This document shows, piece by piece, positions 39,535 through 51,160 of a stretch of DNA of 64,000 nucleotides. The position numbers and the translations under genes were made by a program. The stretch comes from Lytechinus pictus (taxonomy: Eukaryota): the NCBI RefSeq assembly GCF_037042905.1, contig NC_087251.1, forward strand, positions 62,001-126,000, in the 5' to 3' direction. The first letter of the stretch is position 1. Every line of letters starts with the position of its first letter. The notes under the pieces were generated by a model. That model saw only the letters and a program-made list of their open reading frames with translations, had not been told where the DNA came from and ran no database searches.

Positions 39535-39845
39535 TGTAAACAAATTTTCGGCATCACTCCTATGTGTTTAAGATCGCATGCCCGATCTTCAATGAAAATC
39601 ATAAGTCAGAAAAAATTGGAACCAGTGGGATTCGAACCTGCCATCTACTGCTTTCTGGGCAGCGACTTAACCACCAGGCCATTCTGGTTCACGGCTATCA
39701 CGATGAACTAGAATTCAAATACCCTCAATCCTCTTCTGTTATGATTTTCATTAAAGATCGAGCATGCGATCTTAAACACATAGGAGTAATGCCGAAAATT
39801 AATTTACAAATTATGTTTTCCTCCTATTTAAGCCTCTTTATTTAC
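39535..39845 (-). mobile_element. 311-bp tRNA-bearing hairpin retro-insert with 14-bp TSD
   Basis: TGTTTAGTTATATA is duplicated at 39521-39534 and 39846-39859. 70-bp inverted arms (39535-39604 and 39739-39808) enclose a tRNA-like module. The insert is absent from the paralogous site near 13625. Confidence 0.8.
39618..39690 (-). tRNA. Degenerate tRNA-like sequence (pseudo-tRNA; loop CCAGAAA)
   Basis: Acceptor stem GAACCAG/CTGGTTC, A box TGGCCTGGTGG, B box GGTTCGAATCC, anticodon stem GCTGC/GCAGT, and a T6 run 3 nt downstream. The D and T stems are imperfect. Confidence 0.55.
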
Positions 39846-40624
39846 TGTTTAGTTATATAGCTATCCTGTTCACGATTACAAAAATTGATTAAATTTGTCC
39901 ATTCTTTACGTAGAAATGTCAAAAATTTTCAGCTCGCGCTTCACGCTCGCATTATTTGATTGTTGAAATATGTAAAGTCTTCATGGGTAAGTGCAAGCAG
40001 TCATTTCATGAATGTTCAATTGTTTTATGAAAACTTGAAAATAAAAGGAATTATGAGGGACGCTTTACATATTATCTGATGCATATGTGAGTAACCAAAT
40101 TGGAGGTTTGGAGGCGCAAGCTCTGAAGTAAAAAAAAAAGGAAAAAGAAAAAAAATGAGAGAAAAAGAGAGAGAGGGAAAGAGAGAAAGGGAAATATAAA
40201 AGAGAAAAGGAAAGAGAAAGTTATTAAGATAAGGTGAAGTAGAAAATATTTCGAAAACCTGTGTCACCGGCCAAGACTTACAATGGATCCCACTTGATTC
40301 TAACATCTATGCCGGAGAGGAGGGGGAGGGGTAATTGTCCGGGGGTAGTTGTCCGGGGGTAATTGTCCGGGGGGTAATTGTCCGGGGGGGTAATTGTCAG
40401 GGGGGTAGTTGTCCGGGGGTAATTGTCCGGGGTAATTGTCCGGGGGGTAGTTGTCCGGGGGTAATTGTCCTCGGGGGGTAGTTGTCCTCAGGGGGTAATT
40501 GTCCGGGGGGTAGTTGTCCGGGGGGTAATTGTCCTCGGGGGGTAATTGTCCGGGGGTAGTTTCCGGGGGGTGATTGTCCAGGGGGTAGTTGTTCTGATAC
40601 GGAAATGGCCATGTGTGTATACTG

Positions 40625-42121
40625 TCACCTGGCTCAGATGATATTTCTCCTAGAATTGTAAAAGATTGTATTCATGTTATTGCAGATCCACTTTGTGACA
40701 TATTCAATAAATCATTGTTTCAAGGGGTAGTTCCCAACAAAATGAAAATAGCAAAAGTGGTTCCAGTATACAAAAAGAATGATCGAAAATGCATTGAGAA
40801 TTATAGACCCATTGCACTGTTGCCAATATTCTCAAAGATTCTAGAGAAAATAGTTTAGAAAAGATTGAATGACTTTTTGAACACCTTTGAAATTTTGATA
40901 CCCCAGCAATTTGGATTCCGTAAAAATTGTTCAACTAGCATGGGTGTTCTAAATTTGGTAAATACAATAGTTACTTCAATTGATGATGGGAAGTATTGCC
41001 TTGGAATATTTTTAGACTTGTCAAAAGCATTTGACACAATTGACCACGATATACTCCTAAGCAAACTTGAATATTACGGCGTTCGAGGTATAGCCTTAAG
41101 TTGGTTTAGAAGTTACCTAGAAAATAGACTACAATTTGTGTATATTAATGGCGCCAAATCACAATTAAGTAATGTAAACTATGGTGTACCACAGGGATCT
41201 GTCCTTGGCCCATTGTTGTTTTTGATTTACATTAATGATATCATCAATTCGTCTCAATTATTTACCTATTCTCTTTTTGCTGACGATACATGTTTATTAT
41301 ATTCTCACAAGAATATTCACACTCTTATGCAGTCAGTTAATTCTGAAATTTGTAAACTCTATGCATGGTTTTTTAGTAACAAACTGTTATTAAATACAGG
41401 TAAAACACAATGTGTATTTTTTAGATCCAGAGGGAGGGTAATCCCTGATGATGTTCATCACTTAATTATTGGCAATGAACAGATCAATTGCAGTCAACAT
41501 GTGCAATTTCTAGGTGTTACGGTTGATGAATATGTATCTTGGAAAAACCACCTTGATAATGTATGTACTAAAGTTTCTCGTTGTGTTGGAGTGATATCCA
41601 AACTTCGTTATTTCCTCCCCCAGCAGACCCTTGTTACTTTATATAATGCTATTGTCATGCCCCATTTGACGTACTGTAATGTTGCTTGGGGGCACACATA
41701 TAAGACTCATATACATAAATTGCAAGTTTTTCAAAGAAAAATTGTTAGATACATAACATATTCGGATTATAGGTCGCCAAGCACTCCTTTGTTTTTACAA
41801 CTGCAAATTTTACCTTTTGATGAATTGGTATCTCTTAACTGTGTCACATTTATGTTTAAGTGTCAATCACGCCAGAATGCATTTTTGTCTCATGTGTTTG
41901 TGGAAAATTCTTCCATCCATCATTATCATACTCGTCAAAGAAACCTTCTCCATCAGCCATTAGCCAGAACCCAAACTGCTTTGAATTCATTTAGAATAGT
42001 TTGTGTTAAAGAATGGAATAAGTTACCTCATGACGTTAGAAATAGCTTGGCTCTGTCCCGATTTAAAACATTGTGTAAAAAGCATCTCTTCGATAGATTG
42101 CGGTCGGATGTGAATGTATAA
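40625..42121 (+). pseudogene. Reverse transcriptase part of ORF2, with one premature TAG at 40856-40858
   Basis: ORFs 40613-40858 and 40865-42121 are in the same frame. Motifs: NYRPIALLPIFSKILEK, QFGFR, DLSKAFDTIDH, GVPQGSVLGPLLFLIYIND, FADD. Confidence 0.93.
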
Positions 42122-42688
42122 ATCATGAAGCAGATTGCAATGAGTGAGGTCTCCATGTGTGTGAGGGTGTGTATGTGTGTGTGAGGGTATGTGTGTACGT
42201 TAGTAATCGGGTGTGTATGGGGGGGGGTCATGTGTGTGTTTATTATTAGAGGTTGTCTATACAGGGGTAAAAAAGGGTGGTGTTTCGGTTTTTCTTAGGG
42301 CTCCTGTTCATTTGATGAGGTGTCCTTTCCTGAGCATTTTTTATGCACTCACAAATTTGGACCGATTTTAATGAATGAGGTTGTAGGATGCTTTGGGGAA
42401 TGTCCTGGCCCTGCTTCATTTAGGCTGTTACTAGGGTTACCTTAGGCAAGCTGAAACATCTCTATTTTATAACCTACCCCTTTTATTATACTGTTAAGTC
42501 ATTTGTTCTTAAGTTATACTCATTGTAAATATATTACTTACTATGTAAAGGGGCCCCGTTAACAAGCTGTGCTTCACTGGGATCCCAAACCTATCATTCT
42601 GAGTTCTATGATGTTGTATTCTGTACCATTGTTTGTGTTTGATATGGTTTGAAATAAATACTATACTACTACTACTATACTACTACTG
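40625..42688 (+). mobile_element. 5'-truncated CR1/Crack-group LINE
   Basis: RT-coding region, a 3' UTR with a hairpin at ~42550-42590, then AATAAA and a (TAC)n tail ending at ~42688. Confidence 0.92.
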
Positions 42689-43488
42689 TGTGGGTTGAAT
42701 GAGTTTAGGTTTTCTCCAAATAATTAACTACTAACTTCCCGATATAGACTAGTTTGTACCCGGGGTTGGGCACTGCAATAGGCATGATAGGAGAAAGGTC
42801 AAGTAACTGACAATAGTGAAGTCAGTGATGGAAGTGAAAGAGAAAAAGAAAAGGAAAGTGACAAAAAAGAAATGAACTAAAGGATGAGAGCTGTGGAGAA
42901 GAAAAACAATACAGATAGGCTGAATAACAATATACTTATGCATATATGCACTGTTAAAAATGCTAGTAATTTTACAAAGAAAAATCGTAAATTTACAGGA
43001 TGTTTACCTTTTAAAAACAGAAGACACAATGATTTAACAAACCAAACGTATTTATGCAGTGATATGTACTTACAAGCTAAATGTTAGACAAAGTAAAATA
43101 TAAAAATCTTTGTAAAAAATACCAACAAACTTGACAATGAATCGTGTTTTTAAGTTGATTGCAGTACATATATCGTATAAATAGTGTTCGTATTTGTACA
43201 ATAACGGCGATTTGCATGCTAAATGAAATACTTTGTGAAAATATCATCGAAGTTGACAACGGATTGTGTTTTGCATTGACCGCGGTTGTGTATCTCTCAA
43301 ATAAAACCCTATGGTTTATATTTTGTAAAATAACGGCGATTTTTCATGTTAAATGAAAAAATACTTTGTTAAAATACCGTTGGAGTTGACACAACTTTTT
43401 TTTTTTAAGTTGACCGCAGTGGATCTCTCGCATAAATGGTGTTCGTATGTGTAAGACAAAGGATATTTTCATGTTAAATGAAATATAC

Positions 43489-43695
43489 ACACTAAGAAAT
43501 AAAAGTTCAAACTTGAACTCCTAGCAGCACCCCAAGGGTTCAAAAATTGAACCCCTAATTTGGGTTCAAAAATTGAACCCCTGGTTAGGGTTCATTTTTT
43601 CCCCCACCCTTTGGGTTCAAACTGCAACCCTAGTAATCTAAAAGTACTCAGGGTTCATTTCAACATCCCTAGGGTTCAAATTTGCACCCTTAAAG
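43489..43695. mobile_element. Fragment of a CACTA/EnSpm-like MITE
   Basis: Begins ACACTAAGAAA, followed by repeated palindromic GGGTTCAA..TTGAACCC motifs. The other end was not found. Confidence 0.4.
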
Positions 43696-45299
43696 ACGGG
43701 ATGTAGACATGATGAGATCCGAGATCTCTTCAACAGAACCTTTTCCCTAAGAGATGTAATCATGACGAAATCCCAGATCTTGTCATCTGATCATCTCTTC
43801 TAAAAGATGTAGACATGACGAGATCCAAGATCTTGTCATCTGATCATCTCTCCCACATGATGTAGACATTATTTGTCCATACATCCACCCATACATTTTC
43901 CTTCTTCTTGTTTTTGGAGCAAATCGGAATAAAATTGTATAAGGAACAGGGGCTGCCCCCCCCCCCCCACACACACACACACACACTTCTTGAAGAACTG
44001 AAAAGTGCCCTCTTTACGCAAGAAAAATGACCCCTAATTGCCCTTTCTCGTATAAGTTTCAATTTTTACCAAAGAATGCCCCATCTCGAACGTGTTCTGT
44101 GCCACTTGCACCTGAGGTGGACCCGTTTTGTGTGTTACAATGTGCCCTTTTTCGTGTAAGTGCCCTTTTTACGCAAACAATGCCCCCAATTGTGCCCATT
44201 TCACCTGAGGACCCGTTTTATGTGTGAGCAAGTGCCCCCTTGCCTTCGTGTAAGTGTCCTTTCTCGTATCAGTGCCCCTCACGAATGTGTTCTGTGTCCC
44301 TTTCACCTGAAAGGAACCTTTTTTTATGTGTTCATGAGTGCCCCTCTGAAACAAGAAAGCGATATCCTCATTTTTTTCTGTTACTAATTATGAAGGAAAG
44401 AACTTGTAAGAATAATCCTATGTGCCTTAAGATTCATGAGTCAAGTGAATGAGGTAGATAAGCAATGGCGTTTTGATGGGGGGCTTGGGGGACTCTTCCC
44501 CCCCCCCCGCCAAAAAAAATCACGACCAAGAAAAAAAAAGACGAAAGGAAGAAAAGGAAACAGAGAAGGGTGAAATATATTATTTTCTGAATATTATGTC
44601 AAAATCTATCACAAATTTGGGTTATTTTTCGTGATAAAAATGTCAACAATTTTCCTCGCTCCCAACTTCTTATAAATTTTACGTGATGGGACATCTAGCC
44701 CCCTCAAAACCTTTTTTCCTGTGCCCCCCCCCCCCCAACACACACACACTTTCAACTTCGCCCCTGATGAGAAAAATAACAAGATTAAATATATCGAATC
44801 AGATACAAAGAGAAAATTCTCACTCGGATAAAGCTTTTTATGCCGGGAGAAGGGAGTTTTAATATATTTAAGTCAATTTCTACCATTGTTAATGACGGCA
44901 TGGTTGCCATAGTGATTGCTGATTATTTCTTTTGCTTCCTCTGATATATGCTATGATAAGCAGCACGACATACATGACACCAATTCTATTCAACTTGTCG
45001 CAGAGGAATACGAGTCCCACTAACCATGTTACCCATTCTCATTTTGACAATACACCACATGCTGAATAATAAATATAAAAATACATGAATAATGATCCAA
45101 ATTTACATTAATTATTACGATTCTTTTGTTGTAACCATGTACGAACAAAAATGAAGATGGAAATGAAAGATTGTTGTCTATCATTACACAGTGCCTTAAA
45201 TTTCTTGAATTTCTTGAAGATTTAAAAAAAATATATCCCCATATGTTCCAAATACACTGTAACATATTCTGTGTATCTGCCATCCAAGTGAAAATAACT

Positions 45300-45815
45300 G
45301 TCATGGAGTAAGTAAGTTGATGGATGATATGTTGATTATAGCTACTGAACACCTTGGCTTCAGACGAGGGTGTCGTGACTTGAATACCATGATAGGGTAT
45401 CATCACACCCGAAGAGTGATCACATGGTGCGCTACCTATCACCAATTCAACACCGTCTCATCACATGCCCGAATAGGTTAAATATGTCAAAATACCTCAT
45501 AACATCTCCAGCGATAGTCTGAATAATTTTCATTAGAGAGAAATCAATAAGTATTTCCTACCGTTTACACATCCTCATATTTGATTTGATTTTTTTTAAC
45601 AAAATGCAAAATCGATGTGAAGAGATCAGGACAATCACTACGCAGACGCTTTCTATAACTCAAATACCTTTTTGTCAAAAGCCTTTCAATAACAAAGCAA
45701 CCTTTCTCCAAAATCGATGGTAAAAACAACAGTGTATATCCTTTGGACAGACGACAAACTTGCAATTCTTCGTCCGGTCCGAATCTTTGAAAGATTTGCT
45801 GTCCCGGTCCACCAA
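45300..45815 (+). pseudogene. Possible highly decayed PLE RT relic
   Basis: Scattered peptides LMDDMLII (YxDD-like) and VRSESLKDLLSRS (like RR.KSLKD.LVRS) occur in plausible order, with many frameshifts. Confidence 0.25.
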
Positions 45816-46498
45816 CTTTCGACAAAAAACTTTCAGCTGGTCAGTATGATTTGACTTGATTTTTAAAAGATTTGGTAAACAGTTTCTACGTAATGATTGC
45901 AAAAATACGTTATTATCATCAGGTAACAGTCGAAGAAGGTTAATCAATTTTCATTCAACTAGTTTTCTTTAAATCTGAAGAATTAAAACTATATTACGTA
46001 AGAATAAATATGATATATAAGTATATAATTTTTCATTTTGGGGGGTAATTGTTTATGATGTAATCGATGATGTTTTCACCTAAATAGTCTATGTTTGCAC
46101 CTTTCTTGTCACTTTCACTTTATCATATGGCCCTTGAATGTCAGTATTTACTCTACTGTAAATGTTTTTTGTTTAAAAAAAAATGTTGATACTGATCTGA
46201 TCGATTTGAAATAAATTTTCACCTGCGGATTTTAAACGGAGTTCTACGAGGTATCGGATAGAGCGCCACCTGCTCACGTTTGAGAGACATAGGGAGTACA
46301 ATTTGCTTGTACTCCTGAGACGCCCTCGAAATGTACCTCGAGCGGGCTTGTCAGGATAACGTACTAATACATGGCACGAGAGGTGGTCTTGCACGATTTC
46401 CTAAGAACTTTTCTTTCCTATCTTTCCTTTACTTTTTTTTAACTGATATAGATTGAACAAAGAAATTATTCCTTTTGAAAAAAAAAAAAGCAAATTAA

Positions 46499-46615
46499 CA
46501 ATGGGAGAAATATTTCATCATCACCGGAAACAAAAACAACAATTTGAACTCTCGAACTGGACTCATATCTACCTGTAGACATAAGAAAAAGTTCCTCCTC
46601 GCTGGATATGGATAG
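46499..46615 (+). pseudogene. C-terminal fragment of a Naiad-type Penelope-like ORF
   Basis: Reads [38 protein letters not shown], matching the EK..I...LN.R.EL...CRH..KFLL ending I associate with Naiad-type PLEs. A hammerhead follows. Confidence 0.7.
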
Positions 46616-46819
46616 CCCCACCAGCCCCCCCCCCCCCCTCACTTGTAACCATGTAGTAATGACCCCTAAGTACCCCTTATGTAATAAACAATACACATGT
46701 ACCCCTTCAGTAACCCCATTTAATACAAATACATGCTCTGTCAACCCAATGCTATACCCTAATGCACATGCTCTGTATACTTTATTCTGTCTCAAAAAAT
46801 TGTGTTCTTCATACAAATC

Positions 46820-46859
46820 AGTCGCTGATGAGCCTTAGGGTGAAACAGTCTGTACGACT
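46820..46859 (+). ncRNA. Type I hammerhead ribozyme
   Basis: Stem I AGTCG/CGACT, core CTGATGA, stem II GCC-TTAG-GGT, GAAA, stem III CAG-T-CTG, and a GUA cleavage triplet. Confidence 0.85.
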
Positions 46860-46991
46860 AGCTTAGTTAAGCAATCCAACCAATAAATTATTTATACTCA
46901 GCTCCTACACAGTCGAGCACTTTTAGAGATTGCAGTATATTACTACTTACTTACTTACTTATTATACATACATACATACATGTTATGTATA

Positions 46992-47210
46992 CAGTGCGTC
47001 CCACAAAAAAATGAAACCGAGATTTATCCATAATTTATCATGCCTTAATCGCAAATACAATAGAAAAATGACCTATCATTGTAAAGCTTAAAGTCTCCTC
47101 TTTCATTTGAAATAACTTGGATTATTCCTCATTCATGCATGAGTGTGAAAAACAAATTCAAGAAAGGAAACCAAAAAGTCACTTGACGGGTGGTATTTGA
47201 GATTCAAAAG
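46992..47210. mobile_element. Left part of a Tc1-like MITE split by the LINE
   Basis: TA|CAGTGCGTCCCACAAAAAAATGAAACCGAGATTT, collinear with 38039-38257 up to TTCAAAAG. Confidence 0.9.
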
Positions 47211-47428
47211 ACTACATGGACGCCGACGTGTAAGCAGCAAATCTGACAGCTCTGGGCTGGTGGTAACGAATTTTACACTTTTCTACAATTTATTGAGCTA
47301 CATTCGACAATACTTCGTCGAAATACATTTCATCAAGACATTGATTCGATTTTGAACGTATTTTCTCAATAAAATATCGTGATATTTGACTGTATTCTGC
47401 AACGGATCTGTACTCCGCCTACTCCACC

Positions 47429-48223
47429 ATGCCGTACGAAACTCGAGCTAAACCACAGCAGCCACACGCTTCAGGTGCCACGCCCGACCAGCCCTCCCTT
47501 AGTGAACTCAAAACGGACATAGCAAAACTATCGGACCTCCTCTGCAAGAAAATAGACGCCATGCACATCAAGATCTCTGATATTGAAGCATCGTTAAAAG
47601 ACACAAGTGACCGTGCGCTGAACATTGAGCAAAACGAAATCCCAAAGCTTCGTAATGAACATAAAGCTGACATAGCAGCCATCGAAAAAAAACTTCTCAT
47701 GATGGAAATATACCAGCGCAAAGCTAACCTTATATTCTACGGAATTAGTCAAAACAGAGATGAGAATGTGTATGACAAATTGAGAAATGTCTTCATTGAG
47801 CTCGGCATATCACCTGAAGCGGCAGCGAAGATTACTATTGTGAACGCCCATCGACTCCCCCGGAAATCAAGAACCACGGATGGCGACCAAGGACCGGACC
47901 CCATCATAGCGAAATTTGCGATCATGACGGAACGCGAACTCCTACTTGACGCCTTCCAAGGACGTAAGAAGCACGCAACCGATGTTGACGACCCAGCGGA
48001 TAGGCAAGGCGCATCGAGCAGACCGCAAAGCAGGATTTCCGTCAGAACTGACCTACCGCCTGCAATGAAATATCGTCGCGGAAAGTTATCTAACATCGCT
48101 TATCGTCTCCGCAAGGAAAAGCATCTATCAACGAAAATATTCGTTCATGGAACGGATGTTATTCTACAATACAAGGAAAAAAGTGCAAGAGATTGGAAAA
48201 CGTATACCGATGAAGGAAATTAG
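47429..48223 (+). CDS. LINE ORF1p, L1-ORF1-like (coiled coil + RRM + CTD), 264 aa
   Basis: Heptad region followed by EIYQRKANLIFYGI, AHRLP, PIIAKF and ISVRTDLP..RR motifs. ATG start, open frame. Confidence 0.85.
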   Translation: MPYETRAKPQQPHASGATPDQPSLSELKTDIAKLSDLLCKKIDAMHIKISDIEASLKDTSDRALNIEQNEIPKLRNEHKADIAAIEKKLLMMEIYQRKANLIFYGISQNRDENVYDKLRNVFIELGISPEAAAKITIVNAHRLPRKSRTTDGDQGPDPIIAKFAIMTERELLLDAFQGRKKHATDVDDPADRQGASSRPQSRISVRTDLPPAMKYRRGKLSNIAYRLRKEKHLSTKIFVHGTDVILQYKEKSARDWKTYTDEGN

Positions 48224-48807
48224 GTATCTACATCGAGAGGATTGATGATTTGACTATGAGGATTGGAAATGAAACGCAACGCAAGTTAAGGAAACCGACA
48301 TGAACGTAAGAAATATTTTTCTTTCTCCCCTCTTCATAGGAGATTTTTTTTTTTTTTTTTTGTAACAGGATTCTATAACTTCTACAAACGATTTATAAGA
48401 TTATAAACACATTTTCAAATCAGTATTCATAAACAAGTTATTGCAAAGTGGACTTTATACAATTACTATTATTTTTCCAACTTAGAGAGAGAAAGTGATA
48501 TGGAGATTTAAACACTGTAAATTACCTTTCATGCACAATATAACATAACATTAAGTGTATGTATTATATATATATTTCTTTCTTTAAAAAAGAGATGAAA
48601 TTGACGAAACAACTTCACGACTTTTTAGGTAACTTATTTTCTATATAAAAGATATAGGCCTATTGCATTTTGTCTCTCTCACGTTGGATTAGTGTTATGA
48701 TTATTATATCAAATCATATTGATGAAGGCCTAAATAATACTGACAGTAGGTCCATGTTTTGTCATCACTTCTGGCAATGAATATGAACACATTTAACTTT
48801 TAAATTG

Positions 48808-51160
48808 TGAGATTCTTGAGTTCTGTTGTCGCATCTCTTTTTTTACATACATCGCAGAATGCTATCCTTATGTGGCTGTAGCTGTACAAGTGGATGTTAC
48901 ATTCAACAATCCTAATTATTATGACAACTAAGGCTGTTGTATTAAACATATTAAATTCCTCTGAATTAAAATGAGGATTTCAGCTCATTTTCCAATGGCA
49001 GTTATTGATATGTTAAACGTTCCATTGCGGAAAATGGCTGGATTTTAATCAAACTGAATTATGCTTTGCACGTTTGGCAGCTTATAATAATTGGTCACTT
49101 CAAAACAAAGCGACAACTTAATTCAAAAATCATATTACGGCCAATGAATCTACATGATATGTAACTGTTAAATTGATCATAGTAATTAGTCATTTGCCTA
49201 TTTTGTTACTCAAAAGTCAAAACACACACACATGAAGTTTAATGCAACGTGGAACCTTTTTTCACAAATGCATTGAAAACCAACAAAATATATACAATTA
49301 TTCGATGCAAATGAAAAAATATATAGGCCTACAAAATCTTATTTCTTAAGACGACTTTTAAGCAATTTTTTTTTGCTATAGTTATTTGAACAACACTGAA
49401 ATTATCCAAACGTTCAGCCTATATTGTGATGTACCATTATACTGTACGCATTATTTTCCATAGGATCCTCAAAATATGAACTCATGTGTCTTGTTTTGAA
49501 TTCCTTTGTATCTATATGAACTATCCATGTTCCACCGAGTATCAAATATTCTTAATAATGAAATAGACTGCGCTTTTTGTAATCTTTATATCAAATATCC
49601 ATGTATCTAATAACAGGCATCTCTTTTATGTCATTATTGAAATTCATATAAAAATCAAGCTCTACGCCTTTTATCTATTAAACAAGGATCTTCATTTAAT
49701 CCAGTCATTGTATTCACATTCCAAGATGTATACATTTCAGGCCTACCATTTTACCTGATTTTTCTGACTTAAAATTTCTTAAATGTCTTTACCCTTCCTG
49801 GCGAACGTAGGGGCGTATTTTGTATACATTTAGATATTTGTTTGCATACTCCACTTCGTTTAACACATATCACAACCAGGTCTGCGGACAATATAGTTAA
49901 TACATTTTTGCTATTGGGAACCGAAGCATAACTTCATATGAACTCTATTTCAAGCTCAGATTATATTCTGATAAGTTTAGACAATAGTGATCTGCGATTG
50001 CCCTGTATAAGATACACCTTTATGAGATTCTTGAATTCTGTTGTCGCATCTCTTTTTTTTAAATATGTATACATCGTGTAGAATACTATCCTTGTGTGGC
50101 TGTGGCGGTACAAGTGGAAGTTGTTTTTAATGCTCCAAATTATTATGACAATTAAGGCTGTTGTATTTAACATAGTGAATCCTCCTGAATTCAAATAAGG
50201 GTGTTATTCTCCTTTTACAGTTAGGACTATTGGACATGTAAAACGTTCCATTATATCACCTTCCACGGATAAGGGCCGGATTATAATCAAACTAAATTGT
50301 TCTTTGCCCATTTGGCAGCTTATACACGATCATTTATCAGTTCTAAACAAAGCGACAACGGAATTCACAAATCGTATTATGTTGGTATATGAATCTACAT
50401 AATCTATGTAACTGTTAAATTGATCATAGTAATTCGTCATTAGTCTATGTTGATGTTCTTTGGAGCACAGTCACAAGAGCTGGCTCTATGCATTTTTACC
50501 CATCAAACGCGATCACTATATGTCGACCTAAGTCAAAACACACGCATGGAGTCAAATCCAAATGAGGAACTTATTTCATAAATACATTGAAAATCATAAT
50601 ATATATTTAATCGATGCCATTAATAAAATCTTTCTTGAGATTTAGGCCTATACAAATTGTGGGAAAATCTTTATTTGAACAACACTAAAAACATCAAAAC
50701 GTTTTGTCTATATCATATACACTATAGGCATTATTTAAACATGATCTAGAACATAATACTCATTTTCCATATATAGTATCCTCAAAATACGAACTCATGT
50801 GTTATGTTTTGATTTCCTGCGTAGATCTATGAATCGATGTTTATTTGTTATCATCGATCATGTTCCTTCGAGTATCGAGTACTCTGACCATTGACCTACT
50901 TAACGGTCCATGCTCTAACCGATGGAATGTAAACTGCACTTGTTCAGATTTACCTCGAATATCATGTATAAATTCTTTGCTATTGCTTTTGTACCATTAT
51001 CTTTTTATGTATATCAAGCTATAGGCCTATCGTCAATTAAACAAGGATCTTCATTTATCCATTCATTGTGCCCACATATCATGATCTCATGTGGCGCCTA
51101 CCTTCATGACCTTTTCACCTGAATTTCTGGCGTAAATTTCTCCTTCCCTGGCGAACCCAG
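48808..51160 (+). repeat. Diverged ~1.0-1.2-kb direct duplication inside the LINE spacer
   Basis: TGAGATTCTTGA(G/A)TTCTGTTGTCGCATCTC occurs at 48808 and 50022. The copies stay collinear to CCTGGCGAAC at ~49800 and ~51150. Confidence 0.85.

Larger units (their letters stand above)
37523..40010 (+). mobile_element. Second, right-truncated copy of the 11383-15354 family
   Basis: Starts CATTGGCGGATCAAGGGG..poly-C..TTATTGGCGGAGC. 37755-40000 is collinear with 12545-14985 once nested inserts are removed. Confidence 0.85.
36803..40601. mobile_element. ~3.8-kb foldback/MULE-like element whose arms are 15-bp minisatellites
   Basis: The array GGACAA(C/T)TACCCCCC at 36811-37180 is mirrored at 40328-40595. 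The outermost ~32 bp match exactly (AGAACAACTACCCCCTGGACAATCACCCCCCGG). Flanks GAAATGAC(C) / GAAATGGC(C) form an 8-9-bp TSD with one mismatch. Confidence 0.85.

Noticed and set aside
47419..48096. Antisense ORFs over ORF1 (similar ones lie over ORF2)
   Set aside because: They are shadow frames of the real coding strand.
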